From NCBI RefSeq assembly GCF_046119375.1, contig NW_027362762.1, forward strand, positions 839,108,001 to 839,172,000: a DNA stretch of 64,000 bases. Direction: 5' to 3'. A program made the translations under genes and the position numbers. This DNA is from Phyllobates terribilis (Eukaryota). A model generated the notes under the pieces. That model ran no database searches. It was not told the origin of the DNA and saw nothing but the letters and a program-made list of their open reading frames with translations. Of the stretch, positions 1-13,695 are shown piece by piece (positions within the stretch are counted from its first letter, which is position 1; every line of letters begins with the position of its first letter).

Positions 1-1295
1 AAAGGCCATGTGTGATAACGGTGCGAACCTGGTGGCTGCCCTATGCTGGGGAAACCTCACACACGTGCCTTGCATGGCTCACATTCTCAACCTGGTGGTA
101 CATCAATTTCTCCACCACTATCCCAGCCTGGATGCGCTGCTGCAGGAAGCACATTCGCTGTGTGCTCACTTCTGATATTCGCAACCCGCATGCCATCGAC
201 TTGCATTGCTACAGAGATCTTTCGGCCTACCGGTTAACCAGTTGATATACAATGAGTCAACATGGTGGAATTCCACTCTGCACATGTTGCAGCAACTGTG
301 ACAGCAATGACGAACCCTGGTGCAGTATCTCATTTTGCATAGCCTTGGCCAACGCAGTACGAACGTGGTGCAAATCACGCTTGTGAGTGGGCAAGGATGA
401 TCGAGGAGGGCTCATGGTACCAGATAAACTGTTAGTGAAAGTGCAAGAGCCGAGTAACAAATGGAGGAGGATGAGGAGGAGGAGGAGGTGATGGGTGCTC
501 AACAGTCAGGAGATGAAGAGTATAATGATCCTCTTTCTGTTGTCTGCGGTTGGTGGGAGGAGGGAACATGGAGTTGGACCTCATGGAAGTGTCCGACACA
601 TGAGCGCCTTCTTGCTGCACTATCTGCAAAATGATGCCCATATTGTTACGGTTAGAAATAGTGCTGACTACTGGGTTGCCGCTCTGTTCGATCCATTGTA
701 CAAGAGTAAATTTTGCCAGATGCTTCCCCCCTGGAAAGGGATGCGTGCATGCTGGAGTATCAAAACACGCTTGTAGATAATCTTAAGGGTGGTTTTCTCC
801 AAGACAGCAGTGAGGCACACAGTGTGCATTGCAGCTCTAGACTTCCAACCCTGGGAATGTCGAGTTGTCAAAGCAAAAACATTAGCAGCAGTAGCGGCAT
901 TGTAAGTTGCAGATGCAATTTTTGTGAGTCATTTCATACATTTTTTAGGCCATCCTTTGCACCAGCAGAACAGAGTACAAGTCTAACACATAGTGAACGA
1001 CTGGAGAGAATGGTGCAGGAGTATCTCAAGCTAAATATCAATGCCATCAGGTTTGGACCCTTTTGCATTCTGGTCTTTAAAAATGGAAGAGCTCGCCTGT
1101 CAAGCCTTGGAGGTTTTGTCATGCCCGGCAGCCAGCGTGCTCTCATAACATGTCTTCAGCGGTGCTAGTGGTGTCCTGATGGATAAGTGCATCTGGCTGT
1201 CCTCTGAAAGTGTAGACTGCCTAACTTTCATCAAGATGAACAAGTCATGGATCTCCAATGACTTTTGCAACCCAGTCGCAGAATGGGCTGACTAG
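1..1295 (+). pseudogene. Degenerate hAT transposase, C-terminal half (begins before the window)
   Basis: Translates as KAMCDNGANLVAAL..HVPCMAHILNLVV..WNSTLHML..DYWVAALFDP..CPAAS..FIKMNKSWI, with stops and frameshifts. These motifs match the transposase at 22731-26429. Confidence 0.9.
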
Positions 1296-1956
1296 GCAAT
1301 GGTGTTGTTTTCAGTGTGCTGTATTGATATCACTTTATTGCAGTCTGTGACATCTTTGTCGTGGCTTTTGTGCCTGCTGTTGCTACTGCTGCTGATGATA
1401 CTAGCAATTTTTTAAAATGTAGAGACTCCAAGTTGGGTGTACATCTAGTGGGTTTCCTGTAATGGAAGGGGTGTCAGAGCCCTATTATACTATTTCTACC
1501 CTGGTGAAATTGATAATGGAATTAATGGCACTATATAAGTGAATAAAATAACGAAATAAATAAAAAAAATTATGCCACTTTAGTGGTGTCTGCCTTGAAT
1601 TTTTGGAAATCTTTGGGCTCAAAGTTTGGTCTCCTTCATGTGTGTTGCCTGAATTTGACAGGGCTCTCAGTGTAACAGGCCTACATTTGTCACTCATCCA
1701 CCTGTTACTGATCAAAGTTTAAGCTAGAAATTCTGGTCCAAGCCCTGCCCCATGCTGAAATGTAGCCTGGTTTCAGGGCAACTCTATTAGCACAAACAAT
1801 TTAGATTTTGAAATGTGGTCTCCTGGATGGAGCAAAATATTAGCATAAATGAATTAAAAGCTGACATGTGACCTGCTTTCAGGACCACGCTATAACATGA
1901 ATCCGAATGTGCAATGTCTGTGCCAACTTTGAGATTGTCGAACGTTTTCAGAACAA

Positions 1957-2563
1957 GTTCGCTCATCTGTAATCAAAATGAACAAGTCATGGATCTTTAA
2001 TGACTTTTGTACCCCAGTAGCAGACTGGGCAGACTAGTCGATGGTGTAGTTTTTAGTGTGCTGCACTGATCTCACATTATTGCAGTCTGTGACACCTTTG
2101 TTGTGGCTTCTGCACCTGCTATTGCTACTGCTGTTGATGTTACTAATAATTTTTTGAAATGTGGAGACTCCAAGTTGGGCCTCCATCTGGTGGGCTGCCT
2201 GTAGTGGAAGGAGTGTCGATCCCCATTATACTATTTCTACTCTGGTGAAATTGATGCCACTTTAGTGGTGTGTGGCAATAATTTTTTTGAAATATGGAGA
2301 CTCCAAGTTGGGTCTCCTTCTGGTGGATTGACTGTAGTGGAAGGGGTGTCAGAGCCCCATTATACTATTTCTACTCTGAGGAAATTGATGCCACTCTATT
2401 GTTGCGTGACAATAGTTTTTGGAAATGTTTGGACTCCAAGTTGGGTCTCCTTCATTTGTGTTGTCTGTCGTAGTAGGGCTCCCAGACTGGCAGGCCTGCA
2501 CTTACTTTCAGTCAACTACCTGTGCTACAAACCGCACCAAACCTTGAAAGGTTTGCTCATCTA
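1957..2563 (+). repeat. Duplicated 3' end of the hAT relic, with degenerate tandem repeats and TIR-like ends
   Basis: 1970-2180 repeats 1235-1440 (ATCAARATGAACAAGTCATGGATCT..GACTAG). GACTCCAAGTTGGG recurs near 1424, 2165, 2298 and 2432. TIR-like GCTCATCT occurs near 1961 and 2555. Confidence 0.65.
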
Positions 2564-2568
2564 GTTAT

Positions 2569-3724
2569 TAGAGATGAGCAAATGTATTCACATGGCATTG
2601 AATTCTTCTCAAATTTCATAAAAAATTTGTATTTTTCATAATACAAATTTTTGCCTAGGAATTTAGCAAAACGAGGACCAAGCAAACAGTAAAAAATGAA
2701 TACTCGCTTAAATGCTTAGCTGTCCCACCATCTATGTGCAATAATTACCCTATTCTGTATATAAGTATTATCTTTTTATTTAAAAAAAATGTCCTTTCTT
2801 TATATGTTGACATGGACAATCAAGGACACAAAGTAAAACAAAGGCACTAGGGACATTCACAGAAACACAGAGCACTAATACCCTGTTGTGTGCTGTTCTA
2901 GAATATTATGAGGACATTAAGCTTCCCGTGTCCATGAATTTAATGACTGTAATATCCAAATAAGGAGCTGAATATGTTATTATTAATCAAATGGTAGGCA
3001 GAAGTGACAGGACACAGTGGGTAGGCTCAACTTTTGGCAAGCACGGAGTGTTGTTTCCCGTCATTGATTATCTATGTCAATTCCAAAAAGTACGCAATGT
3101 AGAAAAAACATCTTTTCATTGGTTAGGTTGTCAAAAAAAGTGCTTATTGTATAATATATAATGACTTATAGGGCCATATTGGGACTGAAATTCAGTCCTG
3201 GTATTGGAAATCATGTTCTGTGCGGTAAATGTATGCTAGTGCTATCGTGGCCAATGATTGATCGGGGAGTGTGCCACATTTTCAGAATGCAACTATAAAC
3301 GGGAATTTGAATTTAAGGCTAGTGGAGTCCTCTCCTGTAGAGTGCAAGCTCTTATTGTCAGCCAAGTCCTCTCCTGTAGAGTGTAAGCTCTTATGGTTAA
3401 TGGGGTCCTCTCTGTCCTTTAGAGTGTAGTCTCTTATGGTTATCTGGGTCCTCTTTGTCCTGTAGAGTGTAAGCTCTTATGGTCAGCTGGGTCCTCTCTG
3501 TCCTGTAGGGAGTAGGCTCTTATGGTCAGCTGGGTCCTCTCTTTCTCTCACCTGTAAAGTGCAAGCCTTTATAGTCAGCAGGGTTCTCTCTCTCCTCTTG
3601 CCCACATATATTTTATGTGCAATTACGAGCTTTCCAGTATTGAAATTCATGCAAATTTATTCATTGAATATCAAATTTTGGCAAAGATGGTAAATTCTAA
3701 TTTCAAAAGATTCGCTCATATCTA
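2569..3724. mobile_element. Probable non-autonomous hAT element
   Basis: Starts TAGAGATGAGC and ends TTCGCTCATATCTA. Contains a ~34-bp minisatellite (GTCCTCTCCTGTAGAGTGTAAGCTCTTATGG) at ~3320-3590. No TSD found. Confidence 0.4.
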
Positions 3725-6392
3725 ATCTTAAGGTATTTTTTCTTTTTTTCTTTTTAATTTGTAGATGTGAATGATGTGATGGAAAGGCTGTTATAGGAGG
3801 GAGGAAGGCTTCAGTGATGACATGAACCTCAAAGTCCCCCACCCACAGTATAGAGAACTCACCCTATGGGCCCTCACAGTTCCCCAAAACAGTATCAATG
3901 CACCCAGAGTCCCTCACATAAAGTATGATAGCTTCCTCAGTTCCTCCACAAGTACTAACATAAAAAAATAAAAAAACTACACTCTTAGTCCCATTCCCCA
4001 GATGCCCTGCTTTGTGCACTGCATAGAATGAGCCTCTGCACAGTAGGAGCAAGCTAGTGATGTCATTTTACGTCTGAGTCTCAGCTCAGTAAATGCCGAC
4101 TCAGACATCAACGGCACCCTGTTTCATCAATGAAATCAACTGTCTCTGTATCCTGAGGAGGCAGATACTGTTTAAATTATGACTCTGGGAGAGGAGGAAG
4201 GTTGCACAAGGCACCCTCACTCAGGAGCTGCATAGTAACCGAGTAGTCTTCTGATATAAGAGGTATGCTACTGGTTATAAATGAGTTTAGACTTCAAATA
4301 TATGAAGAAAGTTCAGTATAGACATATGCAACATTATGCTTTAAAGATGCATATGTCTATCCTTGACTCTTATTTTGAGAAGCTGTATACTTCCAGTTAC
4401 GGTATATCTTTTTTTACAGGATTGGTAAGGTTTTTCAGGATTGTTGAAAAAAAGTATGTTAACTGTGAATACCCGGGGTCTTCCGTGGGCGTAACGCTAC
4501 TCAGACAACACAGGATGAGGGTAAAACAGCGTGACAATACATTATTGAGCCACAAAGCAGACAATAAACACACAGAACAGTCCCAGCAAATACCCAAGCT
4601 GGTAGAACATTACACAGTCTCACCCTTCCTTCTCCGCCTGCCTGGGATAGAACAGCTGCGACTTTGGAGACTTCCAGGGCTGACTACCTCAACCAGTGGC
4701 CCCCCGCTTCTGGTGGGCCCCCACAGAGAGAAGGTAGCGGCAAGCTTAGGAAGCTGGCAGTCCATCGAGGTACAAGGCTAGGAGACCCAAGGGTCCCACC
4801 CTGGCCTCTCCGAGAGTTTCCATGAGGCCAGGCAACTGGTGGGTCCCTCCTGGCAATTCCAAATGTCTCCATGGGTTCTAGACGACCGGTGGGTCTCTCC
4901 TAGCAACCCTAAAACAACATATCCATGGGGCCAGGTGACTTCTTCGTTCTCGTCTGGTCTCCTCCAAAATATCCATGGTCTCCCTGATGGTCAATGGAGC
5001 AAACCCGTATCTTTCCAGTTAGGGCAGATACCCTTAGACTAGAATCACGTAGAAGACAAATCTGTGTCTCTTTGGATGCCATGCAATCCACTTAGCCAGT
5101 GTTCAAGAGTTTTTCACTCGAAACGCTATGGTATATTTTATACACACCACCCCATAATATATGCTTTGTCATGTGATATGTCCATTTTTTGTCTTTTCTA
5201 AAGTTTTTAAATGGATTTGCCAATAAAGATTGTTGTACTTTAATTAATTGCCCGGTGTGTTGAGCTGGCTCCATCTTCACTTCCTCATTGACCCAGGCGC
5301 CGAGGATGCCATGCTCCATGCTGGACTGGGATTACATCTCAGGGGTGAGCTGAAATTTTCTCTTTATTCATATTACCAGATTTCTAGTGCCTATACTGAT
5401 GGTATGATACTATAAGGGCTCGTGCATATTTTTGGTCTGAGTGCGATCCAACAAAACATTGAATCGCACCCGGACCAATGTTAGTCTATGGGGCCATGCA
5501 CATGGTCTATTTTTTCCTCGGACCAAGTCTGTCTGAGTAAAAAAAATCGCTACTTGCTTGAGTTTAATTCAATATTCTGATCACACTCACACTTCTGATG
5601 GAAACCATCAGACCACACTCAGATGTCATCTGAGTGAAGTACGATTTCCACGGACTGACAGAATGGAGTAGTTGGAGAACTTTTTTCTCCATCTTCCCCT
5701 CATCCAAGAGAATCGGAATCACACTGTGATCACTATGATCAGAGTGTGATTAGCAAAATCGTCCTGATTCTCTCAGATGAGAGAACTTACAGCAGTCCGC
5801 ATCTGCCCTTAGGCTGGGGTCACACTAGGGTATAAAAAAAAGGTCCGATTTTCACCCAGACAATTGGGACAATTTTTTCTCACCTGTCCTCTGTGTACAA
5901 TCCATATGCAGTCAGTTTTTTTACTTAGCAGCTATTAATCATTTACATGACCATTTACAGTTTCCTCTGCTACAGAATTGTTATATATCTGTAAAAATCA
6001 GATGCCATACTGTGGCACTGATTTTTTTCTCGCACCCATCCAATTTTGAAGTAAAATCATAGCATGCTGCAATTTTATTCAGACAGATTCTGTCAGTGAA
6101 AAAATACAGCTATGAGCACTGCCCCATTGAGTAACATTGGTCTGAGCGTTATCTGATAAAACATCTAAAACATCAGATAGCACTGATCTGATTTATACAG
6201 CAGTGTGAGTGAGCCCTGAGACATACAAACTCATGAAACTGTCTTTTTCATTCTACCCTTAACATTTTTTTATACTAACATGTAAAGAGCTTACTTTGGC
6301 AGTGCTGGAGCCATGCAGAATCACAGTGTCATAGCAGATATCACACCACCATTCTACGTTTTTTGACCCTGCATATTTGACTTTAGAGTTAA

Positions 6393-6948
6393 AGGAGTTG
6401 TCCACTACGTTTTATTATCCCCCTAATGTATTCTCCTTGGGCCCATAAGGGTTTTTGTAAATCCCTTGCATTGCAGTTACTGCCTGTGAGCGGCGCTATC
6501 ACTGGCCGCTCACAGACATCAAGTGACCTCCGGCTGCAGCCGGCTCTGACATCCGCTGATGTCACGTCAAGTTCTGGCTGCAGCCGGGGTTGACTTACTT
6601 CTGCGTTCCACGGTGGATGCTGGGCTGTGGGCGGGGTTACCTCGCAGGTCACACCCGGCATCCACCGCGTGCTTTCCCTCTCCTCATTCATTGGGAAAGT
6701 GCGTGGTGGATGCTGGGTGTTACACATGGGGAAACCCCGCCCACAACCCAGCACACAACGCGTGGACCGCGTCACTGATGTCACGCCTCATTTGACGTGA
6801 CATCAGTGACAAGTCACGTGATGCCTGTGAGAGGACCGCGATAGCGCCGCTCACAGGCAGTAACTGCAACGCAAGGTAATTACAAAAACCCTTATGGGCC
6901 CCGGGCGGATACATTGGGGGGGATAATAAAAAGCAATGAACATCTTCT
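6393..6948. mobile_element. Fold-back MITE flanked by TTAA (T2/Kolobok-like)
   Basis: TTAA at 6389-6392 and 6949-6952. Long internal inverted repeats, e.g. GCAGTTACTGCCTGTGAGCGGCGCTATC / GATAGCGCCGCTCACAGGCAGTAACTGC. Confidence 0.7.
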
Positions 6949-8559
6949 TTAACTGTGCCAGACAGGGGAGAAATTAGCATGATCCTATGCAGCTGGAGCA
7001 TTGCTCCTAGACTCCTGGTAAGATTTTTACATAGTGCGCACTGATAGGAATTTTCTATTTCAACCAGAATGAAAAGCCAATGATTCCTACAAGGACATAT
7101 CTGATATTCAGCTTACAGCATTTTTACTTCTCTCCTCTCCAGGCATATTTCCACAGCTTGCATGTTGGTCTTTCAATAACATTACATTTGGTGCATTGTT
7201 CTGTAATAAAGGCTGTTTGTTTTATAATGCATATTTATGGATAAAAGATTTCATACAATTGCAGGATTACAAGGTCCATCTCAATGTTTTATAATAAAGA
7301 AACGCATTTTGTGCAGGTTGTCCTGTAACAGCACAGATGCTGCTGACATCTCTGTAAAATCTGTGCACCTCTCTATAACAAAATAATCTCTTGAGCTTTT
7401 AGATGAATGATGCACAATCTTATGTTTTTTGTCTTCTAAAGCACAAGATAACCACACCATCTGGACTTTCCTACAGGAGTGTATTACAAGCAAAACACAT
7501 GCATTAAACATAATCATTCTGTCCTTCCCAGAGACAGCTCTGTGGCTTTGTCTCTTTTCATACATTTCACTTGGTGCTGAGCGGCTTCTTTGTAATGGAA
7601 ACCAATTACAGAGTCCCCGAATTCTGTCCCTGCTTCTCTACTATCTTCCTTCAGCATTACTGCACTCCCTGGAAGTGATATACCCTTCAGCTAGAATAAA
7701 CAATATTATGACAGCAGTGTGTTTACTGGCACTTTTGAGATTAGTGCATTCATTAATGTAGCAATGTTCTGCGCATTAATTCTCACTGTAGCTTTCAACA
7801 CAGTATTACCCATCTACGTCTGCTAGCAACTGGCTGCCTCATTTAACCTCATGCTGACCTGAAGGATAGTGCCAGCGTTCCTTTCCAAAAGGTTTTATAA
7901 ATAAAATAATATTGCACAATTTTGCATACCCTACATTAATGAATAAATTATTAAAGGGATCATGGCAGCTGATACATGCTTTCAAATCTATAAGCAGCAC
8001 GTATCAGACACTGCCTGCATGATTTCAGTCACCTATGTTTAATGACTCATGCAGACGATCCTATAAATTGGACATGTGCTGTCCAATTTTGATCGGATCG
8101 CACACGGACAACACATTGGGCAACATTATTCAATAGTACTGTATAGATGAACAATTCCTCTCTTTGACCAACTGTAATAAAAAAGCACTGCATGCCCTAT
8201 TCTCTTGCAATCTTGGATGAGACTCAACTATTCAAGTCTTTGGGTGCATAAAAAAAAATGAAATCCCAAACAGAACATCCATGCGGCATTCTTTTTTAGG
8301 GATACATTTTAATTATTAACTTAGAAATCTGTATTTGATCATGTATATTTTTTATATAGATATATAGCTCTATGAAAATGGATCATACATGGATGTCACA
8401 CAAATGTCACACAAATATCCGGGTGGCACACAGTTGAAAATTGGATGGAAATCAAATAAAAATCGTCCTATTTTTCTGTATTAAACTCAATGATTTTTCA
8501 TACAGTCATCTGAAGCCGGCCTAACTCTGAAATGCTGTGGTGTTTCAGAGAAAAACATA

Positions 8560-10138
8560 ATTTAATAGTCAACTTAACTTCTGTGCGAATCAGTCCCCAA
8601 CAGCTTCCCTGGCTATTATTAACAACTCACAGCTGTTTTATTAGCTTTTACTGGCTACATTACAGAGGGACCGCAGAAAAAAAATTGACGTGTGGTCCCC
8701 CTATAAATTCTAACCAGCAAAGGCTAGGTGGTGGCTAGGCAGACAGCTGCGAGCTATATTAATAGCCAGGAAAGGGGCGATGGATCCTGGCCCCCTCTGA
8801 GGCAAATAACATCAGCTCTCAGTGACTCGAGAAATGGCGCATCAATAAGATGCACCAAATCTGGCGCTTAGCAAGTGGGGTAGTAGGGTTAGGGTTCATG
8901 TCAGCCTTGTATTGGCAGCTGACATAAAGCCCAGGGGTTAGTAATGGAGAGACATGTATAAGACACCCCCATTACTAACCCCATAGTAAAATTTGTGAAA
9001 TAAAGAAACAAACAGAAAAAAATCCTTTACTTGAAATAAAAAAACAGATTTTTACTTTTTTATTTAAAAATAACAAACACAGATATACTCACCTAACCCC
9101 TAATTCCTGATGCCCTTGTCCCCTATAAAAAAAAGAAAAATAATAAAAAAACATAATACTCACCCTTCAGACATACTGTCCCACGCCATAATCCACCTTT
9201 AGAATGTCACTTTTAGAACAGTCACATTGGGAGATGTGACTCCTCTATCCTGCAGACGGCGATACACTAACAGGAGCATGATCGCTCCCGCAGTGTATAA
9301 CTCTGAGCTGCCATGAGAGAGGTTACTGGAGTTCGTCTGATGAGCCCCAGTGACCTCACGGCAATATCGCTGTGTAAGAATTTTCTCATGCAGCGGTGGT
9401 GCAGTAAGGGAGGTCTCCAGAGCTCATCAGCTGATGAACTCGTGTGACCTCACTTATGGAAGCTCAGTGCTATACACTGTGGGTGTTATTATACTCCTGT
9501 CAGCGTATCGCTGGCTGATGGATAGAACAGCCACATCTCTGGATGTGACTGTTCTATAGGTGAGATCAGCGTGGGACACTCTGGATTACCTGAATTATGG
9601 CGGATAGGTGAGGAATATGGTGGTTTATTATTTTTTCTTTTTTACAGGTGACATGGGCATCGGGGATTAGGCACTATAACCTTTAGTATATAGTGTTTTG
9701 TTTCTTGATTTTTTACAGGGGATAAGGGCTTCGGGGATTAAGTGTAGGTAAGTATAATGTGTTTTTTATTTTTAGTTGAATATTTATTTATTAATTTTAA
9801 CTTTTTTTTTTTTACTTGGAGCAGAGGCGCCGGCTACTCGTCCCATCAGCGGCCCTTTCGCTCTCTGCTTATAGTGCCAGAAGGTATCAGCTGATGGGTG
9901 TAGTGGTCTCATTTGCCGATGCCTGTGACCCACAATAAGCTTTTTAATGCGGGCCACATTCATAGCTGTGAGATATTGCTGCCGATCAGAGCTCCTGTTT
10001 CCCATGCTGTCATGCAGCTGACAGCGTGGGAAACTATTGATATTTGGGACCCCGTTCGGGTTTGGGTGCCCGAACACGAACTTTTTGGGCCGTTTGTCAA
10101 AAGTCGACAACCCCGAACATCAAAAGGTTCGCTCATCT
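8560..10138. mobile_element. Probable right part of a non-autonomous hAT element
   Basis: Ends with clustered CGAAC subterminal repeats and GTTCGCTCATCT. The left end was not found, so the start is approximate. Confidence 0.35.
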
Positions 10139-11138
10139 TTTGTTCAGTACGACTTCAGTGATACCACATTTATATGATTTTATTTTATGTTTTGGCGCTT
10201 TTACACAATAAAAACTATATTATAGAAAATTTTTTTTTTTTTTTATCGCTATGTTCTGAGAGCTATATTTTTTTATGTTTCCACTGATAGAGTTGTATGG
10301 TGGATTGTTTTTTTGCTGGACAAGATGATGTTTTCAGACATTTGTCTATTGGATTGCATATTATTCCACTTTTTGTTTGGTGATAAGATGAAAAAGCATT
10401 GTTTTTTGCCTCTTTTTTTATTTATTTTTTACGTTGTTCACTGAAGGAGCTAACTAGTGTGACACTTTTATAGGTAAGGTCATTCCGGACGCAGCAATAC
10501 CAAATAAGTGTGTACTTTTTTAATTTGTTTGACATAAAAATACTTATTTATGGGTACAATATATTTTTATTTTTTAATTAGTTTGTGATTATTTTAAAGA
10601 TATTTTTACAATTTTTTTTACTTTCTTTTTTCTTTTTTACTTAGTCCCTCTATGAGACTTTCACTTTCAGCAGTCTGATCACTGGTATAAAGCATTGCAA
10701 TGAATCAGAATTGGAATGATTTATACCTGTCAGTGCTGCACTGACACAAGCCCCTTCGACCATGCTTTGCTCATGGTTTAAGGGGCTTGCCATAACCTTG
10801 TGACCCGGATGTCGTCATGACGACCTTGGGTCACCATGATATAGAACCGTGCCAATCTGAGGGGAAAGGGAGCTCCCCCTCCCTTCCTTTTAAATGATGT
10901 GATCAATATCAATCGCAGAATTCAGTGAGCAAAACTGCCTGGAGTGTTGCGGGCACAGTTGGGTATCAGTTGTGATGTTAGCTGAAAACCGGGTGCTCCT
11001 GTGCTCACGTGATCGCCATTGACGTATATATACTGCATTGGTCAGGAAGTCCTAGCCAACCATGACATATACATGCTGGAAATGTCGTGAAGACATGTAG
11101 CCACTGTCTTATATGTGCTGCCTGTGGATTGTGTAGTA

Positions 11139-12296
11139 AAAGTGCATCTCACAAAATTAGAATATCATCAAAACTTTAATTTATTTCAGTTCTTCAATAC
11201 AAAAAGTGAAATTGATATATTATATAGAGTCATTACAAACAGAGTGATCTATTTCTAGTGTTTATTTCTGTTAATGGTTGATGATTATGGCTTACAGCCA
11301 ATGAAAACACAAAAGTCATTATCTCAGTAAATTAAAATAATTAACAAAAAACACCTGCAAAAGTTTCCTAAGCATTTAGAAAGGTCCATTAGTCTCTTTC
11401 AGTAGGCTCCACAATGATGGGGAAGACTGCTGACTTGACAGATGTTCAGAAGGCAGTCATTGACACACTTCACAAGGACCGAGAGTTCCAATTTTCATTT
11501 GGAAATCAAGGTCCCAGAGTCTGGAGGAAGAATGGAGAGGCACACAATCCAAGCTGCTTGAGGTCTAGTGTGAAGTTTCCACAATCAGTGATGGTTTGGG
11601 GAGCCATGTCATCTGCTGGAGTATGTCCACTGTGTTTTATCAAGACCAAAGTCAGCGCAGCCGTGTACCAGGAAATTTTAGAGCACTTCATGCTTCCCTC
11701 TGCCAACAAGCTTTTTGGAGATGGAAATTTCATTCTCCAGGAGGACTTGGCACCTGTCCACACTTCCAAAAGTACCAATACCTGGTTTAAAAACAACAGT
11801 ATCACTGTGCTTGATTGGCTAGCAAACTTCCCTGACCTTAACCCCATATAGAATCTATGAGGTATTGTCAAGAGGAAGATGAGAGACACCAGACCCAACA
11901 ATGCAGATGAGCTGAAGGCTGTTATCAAAGCAACCTGAGCTTCCATAACAGCTCAGCAGTGCTACAGGCTGATCGCCTCCATGCCATGCCGCATTGATGC
12001 AGTAATTGATGCAAAAGGAGCCCCGACCAATTATTGAGTGCATTTACTGAACATACATTTCAGTAGGCCAATATTTTGAATTTTAAAAACATTTTTAAAG
12101 CTGTTGTTTCTAAAGTTTTCTAATTCACTGAGATAATGACTTCTTTGTTTTAATCGGCTGTAACCATAATCATCAACACTTGAAATAGATCACTCTGTTT
12201 GTAATGTCTCTACATAATATGAGTTTCACTTTTTGTATTGAAGAACTGAAATAAATTAACTTTTTGATGATATTCTAATTTTGTGAGATGTACCTG
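11139..12296 (+). mobile_element. Tc1-type transposon, internally deleted
   Basis: Long TIRs (GTGCATCTCACAAAATTAGAATATCATCAAAA.. and its reverse complement), TA at both ends. Transposase remnant MGKTADLT..|..VMVWGAMS..QEDLAPVH..DLNPI* lacks most of the DNA-binding region and the first catalytic Asp. Confidence 0.9.
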
Positions 12297-12598
12297 TATG
12301 TATCAGATGTCAGGTTCCTTTCAATATTGATAAATCATAGATAATTATATACTTTAGTACTGAGATGCTGTCAATTTATTAATTTTAATATTTTTTAAAA
12401 GTCAAACATTTTTATTTATTTATTTTTTAATATACATTTGGTTTGATATATGGCATTAAGTGGGGAGTTTTCGTACAGGATGTGGTGTACATGGGGCAGT
12501 AAGCACATTGAGCCTTGTGTATTTAGCAATCAGAAAGGAAGAGACATTCGGACAAATTTTAATGCAGTAAAATATAACATTTTAAAATATGTAATTGT

Positions 12599-13695
12599 TA
12601 GTGTTGAGCGAGCATGCTCGACACTGCTCGGTACTCACCCGAGCATCTCACTACTCGGGATGTTCGGCGAGCACCGAGCATTTTAGGGTTACTCGGGCGA
12701 GAGCTCAGGTCTCCGCCCTGCATGTTTGGCACTCTTTACAGAACCAATGATCATGCAGGGATTGCCAGCCAGTCACTGTAATGCCGCAGCCATGTTGGTT
12801 GCGGCCATTACAGTGATTGGCGGGCCGCACAGTGTCACCTCGAGTATTTAAAACCGGGCACCGCAATCTTGGACACAGTCGCTCCGGATCAGACAGTGTA
12901 GGGAGAGTGCTGCTGAGCTAGGGAGAGATTTATACTGTGAAATAGGTAGTGTAGGGTCTCTAAAGCCTGCAAAATCAAACAAACAGTCCTTCTGAGGACC
13001 AATATCCATCCCAGATATCAGGCAGGCAGGCTGTATAGGGGACACAGTGGTTATACTGCATTACAGTCCTGGGTGTCAGAGATGCTTCCAGGGGTCTTCC
13101 CCATGCTGTTCCCATGTCTTTTCAGCACTGTATTCATGTGTCATACAGTACATGGCCAGATAAGGTTGTAAAATGTTAAAATTACATTTCCCGGTGAATG
13201 CATTTGTCACGGGTGAAAGCAATACAAAAGTGCAAAAACACATAAAAAATGCTACTTGTGAACATAGCCCAAGGTGTGGAGGAGTATTTTTGTCTTTGGT
13301 CATTTATTTTACCTTATACACAAGTCTTTACCCTGGAAAGGATGTTCCTTAACATATTTCACAGGAAAACAGTTTCAGTTTCGTTTTTGAAGGTTTTATT
13401 GTGAGTCCGTAAAAGTGGCTTAATACCTCTGACCACTTTGTTGACAGCAGTGACCTGGGGGTCAGAAATGCTTCCTGGGGCGATCCCCATGCTTCCCCAT
13501 GTCATTTGAGCACTGTCACTATCATTTTGGGCACTTTTTAGGCTTTCTACAGACTGCCAGGGGTGCCGCCGCAAAAATGCTCGGGTCTCCCATAGACTAA
13601 CATTGGGCTCGTTGCTCGGGTCGAGCACCCGAGCATCACGGTGAGCTCGGCCCGAGCTTCGAGCACCTGAGTATTTTAGTGCTCGCTCAACACTA
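12599..13695. mobile_element. Non-autonomous hAT element (MITE)
   Basis: Perfect 15-bp TIR TAGTGTTGAGCGAGC..GCTCGCTCAACACTA. 8-bp TSD GTAATTGT at 12591-12598 and 13696-13703. CTCG/CGAG subterminal repeats. Confidence 0.93.

Noticed and set aside
4464-5336. Possible minus-strand solo LTR (TG..CA ends)
   Set aside because: No TSD and no second copy in the window, so it cannot be supported without a library search.
7281-7761. ORFs of 94-110 aa in unique sequence
   Set aside because: No recognisable motifs or convincing splice context.
10140-11080. Possible fragment of a TTAA-type non-autonomous transposon
   Set aside because: No clear termini or TSD could be located.
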